A stretch of DNA of 64,000 nt, taken from Eledone cirrhosa. Taxonomy: Eukaryota. Where the stretch lies: contig OZ024741.1 of NCBI GenBank assembly GCA_964016885.1, forward strand, positions 294,562,001 to 294,626,000. Reading direction: 5' to 3'. The notes under the pieces are model-generated. The model was given only the letters and a program-made list of their open reading frames with translations. It had not been told where the DNA came from and did not search any database. The position numbers and the translations under genes are program-made. Each line of letters begins with the position of its first letter. The first letter of the stretch is position 1. Positions 38,426 through 51,024 of this stretch are shown here, one piece after another.

Positions 38426-39355
38426 TTTTTATTTGGGGCACAAAGCCAGCAATTTGAAGGGAAATGAAAATCAATTATATCGACTAAAATAAGATGAAAA
38501 ACAAAGTTGACCTTAGCAAGAGCAAGATTTGAACACAGAATTCAAAAAGTTGAAACAAATACTACAATTATAAAATTCCCTCACAATTTTGGCAATCACC
38601 GTTATAAAATATAAATAAAGACACAAATAATATAAAATAGGATATTAAAAAAAGGACAACAACAACAACAATGATTTCTTATATAGGCACAAGGCCAGCA
38701 ATTTTGGGGGAGGGGAAATTCGTTTAAATCGACCCCAGTGCGTGACTAGTACTTTATTTTATCGACGCCGTAAGGATGAAAGACAAAGTTAACCTCGGCT
38801 GAGTTTGAACTCAGATCATAAAGGCCGTAACTCTATGCTGCAAAGCATATTGTCTGACATTCTACCGATACTGCCAATCAACTGCCCTTAAAATATTGGT
38901 TTCTTATACAGGCACAAGGCCAACAATTTTGAGGGAGGGGAAAGTCAATTAAATCGACCCCAGTGTATGGCTGGCACTTTATTTTATCAACCCCGTAAGG
39001 ATGAAAGGCAAAGCTAACTTCATCCTTTTGGTGAGATTTGAACTTAGAATGTGAAGGGCTGTATCCCTATGCCATAAAGCATGTTGTCTAATGCCCTACT
39101 GATACTACCAATCAACTACTTTTGGATACTGATAATAATATTAATAACGGTTTCTAATTTAGGCACAATGTCAACAATTTTGATGGTGTGAAAAGTCAAT
39201 TACATAAACTTCAGTACTTGACTGGTACTTTATTTCATTGACTTGAATTGATGAAAGGGTAAAGTTAATCTTGGCAGGATTTGAACTCAGAACATAAACT
39301 GCTGAAATAAAATAGCACGAAGTATGTTGTCCAGCTTGCTAACAATCCACTGTCC
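38425..39355 (-). mobile_element. Array of about four SINE family A copies
   Basis: Repeated GGCACAAGGCCAGCAATTTT..GTAAGGATGAAAG..TTTGAACTCAGA. Confidence 0.88.
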
Positions 39356-39469
39356 TTTTATAAATAATAATTATTTCAGTTTCAAAAATGTTCTTTTAAT
39401 CCCAAACAGTCATATTATTTGTATGTATATATACATGTAGCTTATAAATATGATATTGAAAATGTCATA

Positions 39470-39800
39470 TTGATCTTTAATACTTGGTGGTTGTTTCTAA
39501 TAAAGCTGTAGAATTTCCACAGTGTCAGGTAGTAATGCATGCATGCATGATACTGTAACTCGTGAGGGAGACATAGGGGCGCTGTATTGAAATACAGCAT
39601 TTCTAGGGCATTTTTTAAAACCCGGTGGAGCCCATTTCCTTTCCAGGTTAGAATACAGCAGATTTCTTCCAGGGAAGATAGAAAGTAAAAGAGAGAAAGT
39701 AAGAGAAAAGAAGTGAGAAAGAGATATAGAGGATTATTCAACCACAGTACTAGACTGGTACTTTTTTATTAACTGCTAATGGATGAAAGGCAAAGTTGAG
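39470..39800 (-). mobile_element. SINE variant A2 (long tail)
   Basis: Homologous to 20355-20690 and 52520-52830. Confidence 0.65.
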
Positions 39801-41029
39801 TTGCCCCTCACAGGTAATAATAATAATGTTAAATCTAAACTATAATAAAGCAAGGGTTGCATTTCTTTTAATCCAGTTAGTAAAATAAGTTGGATTACTT
39901 TGAATAAATAATGAATGAATATTACATAATTTATGTGCTAAATTTCGTAAACAAATAATTGTATAAAAATAAATAAACTAAAATTGACTTCTTTTCAAAG
40001 TTGCACTTCCGGTATATCGTCGCCACCACCACTTCAACTACCATATATATAGAAAGAGAGAGTGTGTGATGAGAGATATAGAGAGATTATGATTTTCTAC
40101 ACACTGACGTCTATGAGTGTGCACATACATACATCTATATGTATGAGTATATAACTGTAATGGTGCAAACAGAAACTTATAAAAATACACACTCACGGAC
40201 ATAATTCACACAAATACACATACATTCACACATACTTTCACACATTCACACATATACATTTACACAAACACACACATACAGGCATGATAGCGTTTGGTTT
40301 AATTAGAAATGGGAGGGTAAAACAAGTCTAAAACGTTTTATTTATTTATTAACTCTTTTTTTAAAACTCATTTAATATAACTAGCGGAAAAACCACTCTT
40401 CGGGTGGTTTTCTGCTAGCATGTGTAGTGTGTATATTGATATTATACACAAGTATATATGCATGTAGATATGATCAAATAAAATCGTAATTGACGTAATC
40501 CACAATAAATTAAAAAAATACGATATTATATATAAACTGCATTAGGATAAAATTAGTGACAGAAATATATGAATATTTATTTAAACAATCGCTAACCGAA
40601 AGTGTTGACATTTGAAAATGTTAAAGAAGTGAATCTTTAAATAAGTAATAAAATATATTTAATGAACAGCCATGAATTTAGTAGATAAATTATGTAATAT
40701 TCATTCATTATTTTACTAAGGGGATAAACAATTATAAACCGTACACAGTCCCATGCTTCATTCGTTATTATAGTGTAGATTAAGCACTGTTATATGCCCA
40801 TTAATTAGATATATATAAATGTAATAGCATACACACATATATATATATACACACACACATATACATACCACACCACACACAAATCGTCTTCTGAAGTTAG
40901 TGAAGCTATTATTAATCCTCCCCGGGTTAAGTAACTTGTAAATTCTTCGTAATTCATGAAATGCGATAATACATCTAACAGACACACACACATACAAATA
41001 TAACTATTCATACATAGACATATATACAG

Positions 41030-41932
41030 GCGAAGTCTGGTCCGACGTGCACGTGCGCGAAGTCTGGTCCGTACTGCGCATGCGCGAAGGCTGGTCCAAA
41101 GTGCGCATGCACGAAGGTTGGTCCGTGCTGTGCATGCGCGAAGTCTGGTGTGAAGTGCGCATGCGTGAAGTCTGGTCTGAAGTGCGCATGTGGAAAGTCT
41201 GGTCTGAAGTGCAAATGCGCAAAGTCTGATCTGACGTGCGCATGCGCGAAGTCTGGTCCGACGTGAGCATGCGCGAAGGAGGGTCTGTACTGCACATGCG
41301 CGAAGGCTGGTCCGTACTGCGCATGCGCGAAGGCTGGTCCGTACTGCGCATGTGCAAAGGCTGGTCCATACTGCACATGGGCGAAGGCTGGTCTGTACTG
41401 CGCATGCACGAAAGCTGATCCGAACTGCGCATCCATGATGGCTGGCCGAAGTGCACATGTGCAAAGGGCGGTCTGTACTGTGCATGCGCAAATATATGTA
41501 TATATATATCGACACACATACATACCGCAAAGAAATCGTCTTCCGAAGTGCGCATGCGCAAAGTCTGGTCTGCAGTGCGCATGTGTGAAATCTGGTCTGC
41601 ACTGCACATGCGAGAAGTCTGGTCCGAAGTGCGCATACATGAAGGCTGCTCCGAAGTGTGTATGTGCACGTCGGACCAGACTTCACGCAGGCGCACTTTG
41701 TTTCAGACTTCGTGATGCACACTTCGGACTAAACTTTGCGCATACGCACTTCGGACCAGACTTTGCACATGCGCTCTTCGGAAGACGATTTGTGTGCGAT
41801 ATGTATGTGTGTCTATATATATATGGATATAGATTCGCGCATGCGTAGTATGGACCAGCCTTCACGCATGCGCACTTTGGACCAGCCTTCGTGCATGCAC
41901 ACTTCGGACCAGACTTTGCGCATGTGCACTTC
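41030..41932. repeat. 27-bp GC-rich minisatellite, orientation flips at about 41663
   Basis: Consensus GAAGTCTGGTCCGAAGTGCGCATGCGC; 9-aa periodicity in the overlapping ORFs; reverse-complement units after 41663. Confidence 0.93.
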
Positions 41933-41940
41933 TGCCAACA

Positions 41941-43270
41941 TTGAATCCTGAGCAACTGGTCATGTTTCACAAAGTAATCACCTCTGTAAATGAAAATGAA
42001 GGCAGAATGTTCTGTTTGAATGCAAGTGCAGGTACAGGAAAGACCTATGTCATAAACATCCTATTGGATTACCTCCAATCTAAAAAAAAAAATTGCACTT
42101 GCCACTGCCATATCTGGAATAGCAGCCACTTTGCTTCACAAAGGTAGAACTCTTCATTCCAAGTGCAAGATTCCTCTCAATGTGACTGCTGAATCAACTT
42201 GCTTCTTCACAAAGAGGGATGACACAGGTAAACTTATGCAGCAAGCTGACCTTCTAATCATTGATGAGATAGGTATGGGACATAAGCATATCTTCGGATG
42301 CCTTGACAGGAGCTTCAAAGATGTTAGAGATTACAAAAAGTCATTTGGTGGTCTAACAGTATTACTATCTGGTGACTGGAAGCAAATTCTTCCAGTTGTA
42401 CGTCATGGTGTTAGACCACAAATAGTTGAGGCAACCATCAAGAGATCCTATCTCTGGGACTATGTGGAAACGATGGAGATGACAACCAATCAGCGGTTAA
42501 TTAATGATGAAAGACAGTTTGCAAACTACCTTCTTGATGTGGGAAGTGGTAACATTCCAACTGTTCCAACTGTAGGTGCATTCACAATTCTTCTGCCAAA
42601 TTAACTTTGTCTGGAATATGGTAATGTATCTGGACTGTGTGATTTTGTGTATACAAATCTTCCAGGAAACTACACACACCCATTATGGCTTGCAAATAGA
42701 GCCATTATCACTCCAACAAATGATGCAGCAAGATTGGTGAATGAGTTCTTGGTCAACAAGTTGCCTGGTCATGAAATAATCTACAGAAGCTCAATTGAGT
42801 TCATCAACAAACTTACCCCATCAGGCTTCCCAACACACATACTTAAACTGAAGAAAGGCAGTTGCATCATGCTTCTGAGAAATCTGGATCCTCTAAACAA
42901 GCATTGCAATGGTACATGCTACATCATCATCAGTTTACATAATCATGTAATTGAAGCTGAAGTGGCATTGGGTCCCAATGCTGGAACAAGGTTACTAATC
43001 CCAAGGATACCACATGTATCTCAAGAGCTTGAGTTCCCTTTCACCTTTACTCGCAAATAATTTCCTGTCAAACCAGCCTTTGCCTTTACATGCAACAAGG
43101 CACAAGGGCAGACATTTGAAAAGATAGGTGTATATCTACCAACACAATTCTTCTCACATGGTCAGATGTATGTTGCATCATCACGAGTTAAAAAAAAAGA
43201 AAATATTAAAATATTAAATGAAAGGGGTCTGTTTGCTGACAACTGTGTCTACAAAGAAATTCTACAGTGA
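41941..43270 (+). pseudogene. PIF1-family (Helitron RepHel-type) helicase, disrupted
   Basis: Walker A AGTGKT, GRTLHS, IIDEI, FGG..VLLSGDWKQILPV, IMLLRNLD..CNGT, FPVKPAFAFTCNKAQGQT, FSHGQMYVASSRV, VYKEIL; frameshift at about 42090, stops at 42602 and 43058. Confidence 0.93.
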
Positions 43271-43705
43271 TGTGAAACAGCTATCACTCTCTTTTAGTTG
43301 AAATGCATTTCAGTTTCTTTTTAACTGCTAGAAAAGGGACACTACAAAACCTTAAGAAGTCTATATGTGAATACAGTAAAACAACAATATAGCCAACGTC
43401 AACTCTTCATATTGATAAATGTAATTCATTCATTCATACCAGCAGCATCTATTTTCAAATTCACTGCTTGAAGCTTCCCATTGACATTCTCAGATGAAGA
43501 TTCATGAACATTTTCCACCAACAGTTTCATTGCTTTTCCATCTCCATTATCGCCTTTTTTTTATCATGTATTACTTTACTGATTACAGAAGTAAGTGTAA
43601 CACAGTCTTTGTTCAGTTTATGTGCATATTATCAATTTACGTATTATATCTATGTGCATATATATTTGCGTATATATAATATACACACTATATATGCTAG
43701 CAGAA

Positions 43706-43893
43706 AAATTGTTTCTACTTTTGGCACAAGGTTAGCAATTACCCAGTACATTACTGGTACTTTATTTTATCGACCCCGTAAGGATGAAAGGCAAAGTTGA
43801 CCTTGGCGGGATTTGAACTCAGAATGGAAAGGGCCGTAACTCTATGCGTCAAAGCATGACGTCCAACCCTCTACCGATACTGCCAATCCAGTA
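43706..43893 (-). mobile_element. SINE family A truncating the Helitron 3' end
   Basis: Full reverse-complement family A copy directly after GCTAGCAGAAAA. Confidence 0.9.
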
Positions 43894-44099
43894 ATGATAA
43901 TGTGACATAAAGATTTCTCATTTGATTTTTTCATATAACAATGTATTAATGGTGTGAAAGAGTAAAAGAAATATAAGAAAACGAGTGTGAATGAAAGGAG
44001 TAAAAGACGAGAAAGAAGAAGTGAGAGAACGTTGAAAGAATTTTATTGAGAATAATTATTTAATCATTCTAACAGGAAATTTAAGACAGATTTTATAAA

Positions 44100-44470
44100 G
44101 ATGTATGGTCTCAAATAATAAGGGGTTTGGAATAAGTGGAGAGTTGGAATAAGCAGGGGATTTGGAAAATTTGTAATTTTTCTAGGTTGCTTCCCTTGGC
44201 TAATATTTTAAAACCAAAATTATTCATTTAGTTTATATATTGAGACCCCAACCTATCCTATTTATTTTATAATGTATAGGGTTTTATTATAATGTTCTTT
44301 TTTGTCATGTATAATGTTTTTTAATGTATAAAGAAAAATAATTGTCACAGGAATGGTAATACTTAAAATAAAATTTTGCCAGAGATAGATTAGCAAAATT
44401 TAATAAGCAAGCAGGTTGGAATAATAGCGAGGTGGGGGAGCGAGGAGCAATTATTCGAAACCCAAGAGTA
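44100..44470. mobile_element. Probable MITE with subterminal GGAATAAG repeats
   Basis: GGTCTCAAATAAT near the left end vs ATTATTCGAAACCC near the right end; repeated GTTGGAATAA. Confidence 0.4.
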
Positions 44471-44809
44471 GTTGTCAGAAACCAAAAGCAAAAAGAGAAG
44501 ATATGTTAACACATTAATGGTTGTAATAATAGTAGTAGTATTGTAGTGACAGTAATAGTATTAGTGATTTAGGTTAGGAGATCAATTGGGAGATCATGTA
44601 ACAAGAACTGTATCCTCAAACAGAAGATCTGTCCATAATGTTTGCAACAGAATAGATACCATTAAAGGCATTCAAGGATCATGTGGTGGTATTAAACTAG
44701 GTGATGGATTACATCCACTAAGACAACTAATTAAATGCAGTAATGATGCAGCCTTAGCATTCGTTCATCAGAAAAAGAGAGGTAAGTGTAATAGCCAATG
44801 TTGCTATTT

Positions 44810-45255
44810 TCAATTTGGTATTTATGCCAACCCTTACTTAGGTCATGAATCTTGGGTAATGACTGAAAGAATATGATCGCGAATACAAGTGGCTGAAATG
44901 AGGTTCCTCCAAAGGGTTTTTGGAGTAATGTTACTTGAAAAAGTGCGTAGCTCACAGATCAGAGAATTGCTCAAGGTAGAGCCACTGCTTTTCCAAATTG
45001 AGAGATAACTGCTCATATATTATAGACATATGGTTAGAATATCCCAAGGAAGAATCGTTGGACAGATTTTATGGGCAAAACAAACCAGCAGGAGGTCAAG
45101 GGCAGACCCTGAGCAAGATGGTTGGATGACATCAATGAGCTTGGCTAGTCTCACTTGAGGATCCAGCTGGATCAATTGCAAATGGTTACTTCAGACAGGA
45201 CCTGCTGGAAGGAGTATTTGAGGACTCTGCCCGCATGACCCTCCCATGAATAAGT
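44810..45255 (+). mobile_element. Old RTE-like LINE 3' remnant
   Basis: GHESWVMTER..QVAEMRFLQR..RP.ARWLD motifs; homologous to 2738-3060 and 51025-51490. Confidence 0.7.
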
Positions 45256-45808
45256 GAGTAAAGAAGGGCAAGAAATATTTGGTGTTGAGGTTGTGTAGAT
45301 AAGAAGTTGTATATAAGGAGTTATCGAATTGGCAAAAGTGTTAAAGCCTTGAATTAAGTACCTTGAAGCTTTTATTCCAGTTGAAGCTTTTATTGAGTTC
45401 AAATCTAAATTACCTCAAATTCCTAGTCTTGCACTTAAGTTAGAATTCAGGTTTATAGTCCAGGTGAGTAAGCAGAAACAGCTGATCTGTATTTAGTTTT
45501 ATCCATTAGAAATCAGTCAAACAAATACCAGATACATACTAAGGGTAATTTAGTCAATTATATTTATTGTTTACCATCATCATCACATCCAATCTTTCCT
45601 AGTAAAGTATCTGAATTCTAAGGGAAATGTAATGATCAAGCCAGAAATATTTGGGCATATATGTGATATATATAATAAAGTGAAAGAGGGAAAATCATGT
45701 GGTACATGTGTTTTTTTTTTATTAGCAATGCTGGCTACATGACCATTTATATATATATATATACAAATAAAAGGCAGAGTTAATAACTTATATTGATACC
45801 CTGTAATT

Positions 45809-45847
<39 letters not shown>

Positions 45848-45899
45848 GTGGTTACACAACAGTTAGTTCACCTTAGCGGATCCTCAGCTCGTAATGAGT

Positions 45900-45949
45900 C
45901 CATTACGAGCTGAGGATCCGCTAAAGTGAAACAATTGTTCTCGGTATGG
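45900..45949 (+). ncRNA. Minimal type I hammerhead ribozyme inside a palindrome
   Basis: CCATTACGAG CTGAGGA TCCGCTAAAGT GAAAC AATT GTT CTCGGTATGG; stem I CGAG/CTCG plus CCAT/ATGG; palindromic stem III; stem II weak. Confidence 0.7.
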
Positions 45950-46058
45950 TGAACTAACTGTTGTGTAACCACTTCTACCTAACTCGTCCCATGGATTGAG
46001 TGCTCTACCACTACGGATATTACCTTCCAGTGTACTACCTCTATATATATATATATAT

Positions 46059-46129
<71 letters not shown>

Positions 46130-46588
46130 ATAGCACCAGTTGGTGCTACTGGTAACATGTATCCCAGTACAACCTGTCTCATGGTCAGGTTGTTGGCGAC
46201 TAAACTGGCAACCCCACCAAGGTTTCTTGGTGAAGAGGGTGACTTTGGACATCCTGCAGGACTAAAAACAAAACCTGTCAAAGAGCAAAGGAGCTCTTAA
46301 GAGTCAATGGCTATCCAAAATAACTGGGAGAGATGACCCCTTTGCCTTTGTCAAGGCAGAATTCTAGGAGAAGGAAAACTCTGATATAACACCTGCAACC
46401 CTGATGGTATCCAATGACGTTGACATGTTCTTCTTTTTGGTAAATATCTTCTTGGTTAAGAGAGTGGGACTGGCTTTGTGCAGTGCCTTTGCTCACTATA
46501 AAAGCTTCTCGGCACAGGAATTGCTTTATATCTGGAGATCTCTCTGCACTTGTCGTCACATGGTACCATGGGCCCACCACTATGTGTC

Positions 46589-46734
46589 ATAATTGTCACA
46601 AGTGTAGTGTTTGTACCAGAATTTTCAAGTCGCTGGCTGGACTAAAAAGTCACACTCATTCAGTGCATAGGTAGGGGTTCTCCTACATGGATATAAAGTA
46701 GTGGCCGTACTCGAAAACGAGTTGGAAGCCACCA
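46589..46734. repeat. Unclassified 150-bp interspersed repeat, copy 2
   Basis: Highly similar to 35259-35408. Confidence 0.85.
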
Positions 46735-47529
46735 TATATATATATGCCCAAATATTTCCTGATGATTTCTTCCAAATGAAATAGTTCTAGTCCTGTAGAA
46801 GCCATTTCTATATTAAATATACATATATATATACACATACCTACACACATATATATACATATATATATATATATAACTATGCATACACACACATGGAATG
46901 AAGTAAAGGGTAAGAAAGTAAAATAAAATGATAGATTGCATGTGTTTTGTTAGAGAAGATGTAGTGAGAGAAAGTGATGAAATGGTGTTTATTAGAGTGG
47001 ATTCTTTAGACTAAGAATATTTCTATTTACCTAAAACTCTTATTAGACATAACATGTTTTGGTCAGCATTGGAGCAGAAAGATTTACTTCTATTTATAAG
47101 TTTTTACATTAATTGATCAGCCTCTTGCCACCCAATAACAACCACTTCATCTGTCCTTTGGATTTCCAATTGAGCTCTCACCACTACCACCACCACCAAC
47201 ATCACAACTATGTTTTGTTTGTTTATATATTTCTCTATCTGTCGATTTGTCTGTCTGTAAATATGTTCTTATATTTGTATGTATGTATGTATGAAAAACT
47301 CTCCCACTTTATCAATCACTCACATACCCTCTCTCTCTTTCTATCTCACACACACATTATTTGTTTGTCTCTCCACACCACTTTTCCATTCTTCTTGCTC
47401 TATCAATACACCATATCAGTAATTCACTGAATACTACTACTACTACTACTGCTACCACAACCATCACCATCAGTTTGATCAGTACTGTCACTGTATATAT
47501 ATGGATGGATAAATAGATGTACGTATGTG

Positions 47530-47570
<41 letters not shown>

Positions 47571-47619
47571 TCACACACACCTTATATATTTATATGTGTG
47601 TGTGTGTATATATAGAGAG

Positions 47620-47800
47620 AGAGAGAAAGAGACAGCCATTTGATAATGTTGATGTGCTCCTCTCCTATTCCCTTCCCTGCTCAACTCATGCATGCATGAA
47701 AATCCAGACACACTCCATAATATACTACAAACTGCAATCTCTCTCTTTTCAAGGCCACCCCCATGACACATCGCTAGCTCCATCACAGTAATGCTGCCAT
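47620..47800 (+). mobile_element. Penelope-like P1 upstream segment
   Basis: Inverted near-copy of 48848-48968, which is joined to the P1 half-hammerhead. Confidence 0.6.
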
Positions 47801-48142
47801 ATATATATATATATATTTATAGAGAGAGAGAGAGAGGGAGAGAGTCTGTGGTGCCAATACTGGGGAAACCACTAATTATGGGAGTGCTCAATGCATGGCG
47901 AGATGCAGTGTAGGTATACAGATATGTAAAATACTGATTGTTGTGTCAAGTAATTTTGGATTTTACATCTCCCTCCCTCTCTCTCTCTCTATATATATAT
48001 ATATAATGTGTGTGTGTGTGTGTGTGTATCATCATTGTCATTGTTTAATGTCTAGTTTTGTTGGTATGTATGTGTGTGTATATATACATATATATTATAT
48101 ATATATAATATAAAATCAAAAGATGGTTAAAAAAGTTCCATG

Positions 48143-48213
48143 TATTTTATTATGTGCATTTCAAAAACAAATATCATCATGGGATGATATTTGCGTTCTC
48201 ATCTGATAAAATA
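48143..48213 (-). ncRNA. Type I hammerhead-like fold, CAGAUGA core (probably inactivated)
   Basis: Minus strand: TATTTTAT CAGATGA GAACGCAAATATCATC CCAT GATGATATTTGTTTTT GAAAT GCAC ATA ATAAAATA; related to the 23009-23080 hammerhead. Confidence 0.7.
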
Positions 48214-48699
48214 GGGAGACATGATATGAAGCTTAAAAAACACTTGCGAGCAGTGAAGTGTTAAATCAACATATACTTATCCGATATTTGCATTGCTTTA
48301 TTGTGCTACAATAAAACTCACCTCCTACATATTATATATATATATATATATATGATTGTTTTGAAGTAATGTTGCTTGTTTAGCTTGACCACAAGGGATG
48401 GAGTATACCTTTGATAATATTACATACATTATTGAAAAAGACATTAGTTTTGCAATTTGGCAGCAAACAGTAAACTGGATGAAGTAAATATCATTGAACA
48501 TTTCCCTTCAACCCACACCTTTCAAATTTCATATCTTGTGAGAGTTTAGTAGTATTTGCATTGCTTTGTAATATCTACTTTCAGCATCCACACACCACCT
48601 CATAGAGCTAACCTTTGGCCAAAGAAAATATGTAATCATATAGTCATTGTTTTCAGATTCAGTCTGATGATATATGTTCCATTTATGTATATATATATA

Positions 48700-49065
48700 A
48701 CGAAGGAAATGTGGTAAGGAACCAGATGGACCATAACACACCAAAGTACTCAATACTTAGGGTAGTAGAGTGGGTAATAGGAACGAGTAGGACCCCGACA
48801 GCTGAGCTCAAGCCGTTTCGACAGCTAATTCTGGACGCAGAATTCTGGATTGCAGTTTGTAGTATATTATGGAGTGTGTCTGGATTTTCATGTATGCATG
48901 AGTTGAGCAGGGAAGGGGATAGGAGAGGAGCACATCAACATTGTCAAATGGCTGTCTCTTTCTCTCTCTATATATATATACACACACACACATATATAAA
49001 TATATGAGTTCAGAATTAGCCGTCGAAACGGCTTGAGCTCAGCCGTCGGGGTCCTACTCGTTCCT
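48700..49065 (-). mobile_element. Penelope-like P1 remnant with an inverted half-hammerhead copy
   Basis: 48778-48833 and 49010-49065 are inverted copies. Confidence 0.7.
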
Positions 49066-49271
49066 ATATATATATATGCCATTTATGATGTGTTATTTTC
49101 CAATGGGTAGAACTGGACATTTCATTTAGTAATCCATGATGTAATAGTAGGATAAACATTCTAAGCACTCATCGAGTCCAGCCGTCTGCTGTGTTAAATA
49201 TATCATCATCAAATACACATATATATATAAACATACACACACATACATACTAATACACATACACATAAATA

Positions 49272-49722
49272 TCATCATCATCATCATCGTTTAACGTCCA
49301 TCTTCCGCGCTAGCATGGGTTGGCCGATTTTGTCCCACTTGAAGTGAGATTGCTCAGGAGTCCATGTCTCACTCGTACAGAACTGCTTCTGACAGGTTTG
49401 CTATGGCTCGATGCCCTTCCTAACACCAACCACATTTATTGTGTGGTCTGGGAGCTTTTTTTGTGTTACCTACATGACCACTTTACAGTGGACAGAAATG
49501 GGAGGATGGAGTAGGGTGTGTGGGATGGGGTGTTTATTGGGTTAAGAGGTGCCTACTGATTGTATGTTTAAATTTGTATGCAAAGGGAGGTGGATCTTTT
49601 GTATAACTGCATAGCGCCAAAGATCTCGATCCAGTGACATTGTCTTAGAGAGGTGTAAGTGAGCAAAGTCAGTTTTTATCACCTCGTCCCAGGTTTTTCT
49701 TGGTCTACCTACTCCGTAGATT
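49272..49722 (-). mobile_element. RTE LINE 3' end, diverged
   Basis: GVGRPRKTWDEV..MSLDRDLW peptide, 3' UTR and (TGA)n tail. Confidence 0.8.
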
Positions 49723-49957
49723 CCATATCAGCATGGAGTAGAAAATTCTTCTTCTTCGCCTTTGTCTTTGTCTTTTTTGCCCACTTATTCCTGGGAGGAT
49801 CACAGGGGCAGAGTTGTCACCTACTCCTTACAGCAGGTCCTGCCAGAAGCAACCATCTCCAATTGTTATAAATATCATCATTTTGGAGGTGAAGATGTAC
49901 ATAAACATAAATGACAGGCATTCATGGAGTTCCCATCTAACAAATTTCACTCACAAA

Positions 49958-49991
<34 letters not shown>

Positions 49992-50134
49992 CCACACTGT
50001 AAAGTGCCAGGTGTAAGTGAGACACAGTCCCTCAGTCCATTTGAGAGGACAACATAAAGTACTGAGTTATTCTGTGATGACCCATCCAACCCATGCCAGC
50101 ATGGAAAAACAGGCATTAAATGATGATGAGGATG

Positions 50135-50190
<56 letters not shown>

Positions 50191-50362
50191 TCTACGGCCT
50201 CGATATGAATACCCCCTCCGCCTCCGTGGTATTTTCTTCGTGGTTATAAGAGGCTTAGCTCTGTTTCTCGACCGTTATATCGCGTGACTATCTCCCCCTC
50301 CGCCTTTTGGGATTCTTTCTCACGTCGTGTAGACGCGTTCTTGAGACTAGTAAAATGAGGTA

Positions 50363-50450
50363 TCCTCTTGATAAGTCGGCAGACCTCGCAAGGACTCTAT
50401 ATCTTTGATATATTGTTTTTGTTTATGCCACAAAACTACGTAGTCGAGGA
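50363..50450 (+). ncRNA. Type I hammerhead-like fold with UUGAUAA core
   Basis: TCCTC TTGATAA GTCGGCA..TGCCAC AAAAC TACGTA GTC GAGGA; stem I TCCTC/GAGGA; palindromic stem III ACTACGTAGT. Confidence 0.62.
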
Positions 50451-50625
50451 ATTTAGGAGCAGTTTAGGTATGATACATTTTATTACTAATTATATCTAAA
50501 TGTTTCTTCTCTCTTCATAATGTATATATATATATATAGAGAGATAGATAGATAGGGAGAGAGACAGGCAGACAGAGAATATGTTAGCTTTTAACCAGCA
50601 ATAGGAAGCTAAGAAAAGCAATTAT

Positions 50626-50671
<46 letters not shown>

Positions 50672-51024
50672 AAGAGGAAATAATGAAAATCCTGTCGTTA
50701 AAATCATTTCTAGCTAGGCTTGTTTAAGTAAAGCAAAACATATGTATGATCAATGGATCTTTGTTTTTTGTTTTTTCATAATTCTGATTTGAAAACTTGT
50801 TCTTCTATTTTAAGACAATCTTATGTAATTTTGTGGACTTGTCAGATTTGATCAATAATAAAAAGAATATTGTTTGTTAAGCAATATTTATTTACAATGT
50901 CTTGATAACTAAACACATACACACACACATGCACATATATATATATATGTGTGTGTGTGTGTGTTTAAATATATATACACACTCACATACACACATACAC
51001 ACATACACACATATATATATATAT

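Larger units (their letters stand above)
40381..43709. mobile_element. Helitron-like foldback unit (two oppositely oriented copies joined head to head)
   Basis: Minus-strand 3' end is a hairpin plus CTAG|T at 40381-40420; imperfect inverted repeat 40408-40515 vs 43610-43709; internal PIF1 helicase remnant. Confidence 0.75.

Noticed and set aside
41030-41932. CRISPR-like array
   Set aside because: Units are contiguous with no unique spacers, there are no cas genes, and the context is eukaryotic.
40805-41970. Long repetitive ORFs (305, 230 and 210 aa)
   Set aside because: Translations of the 27-bp minisatellite, open in several frames; no evidence of coding.
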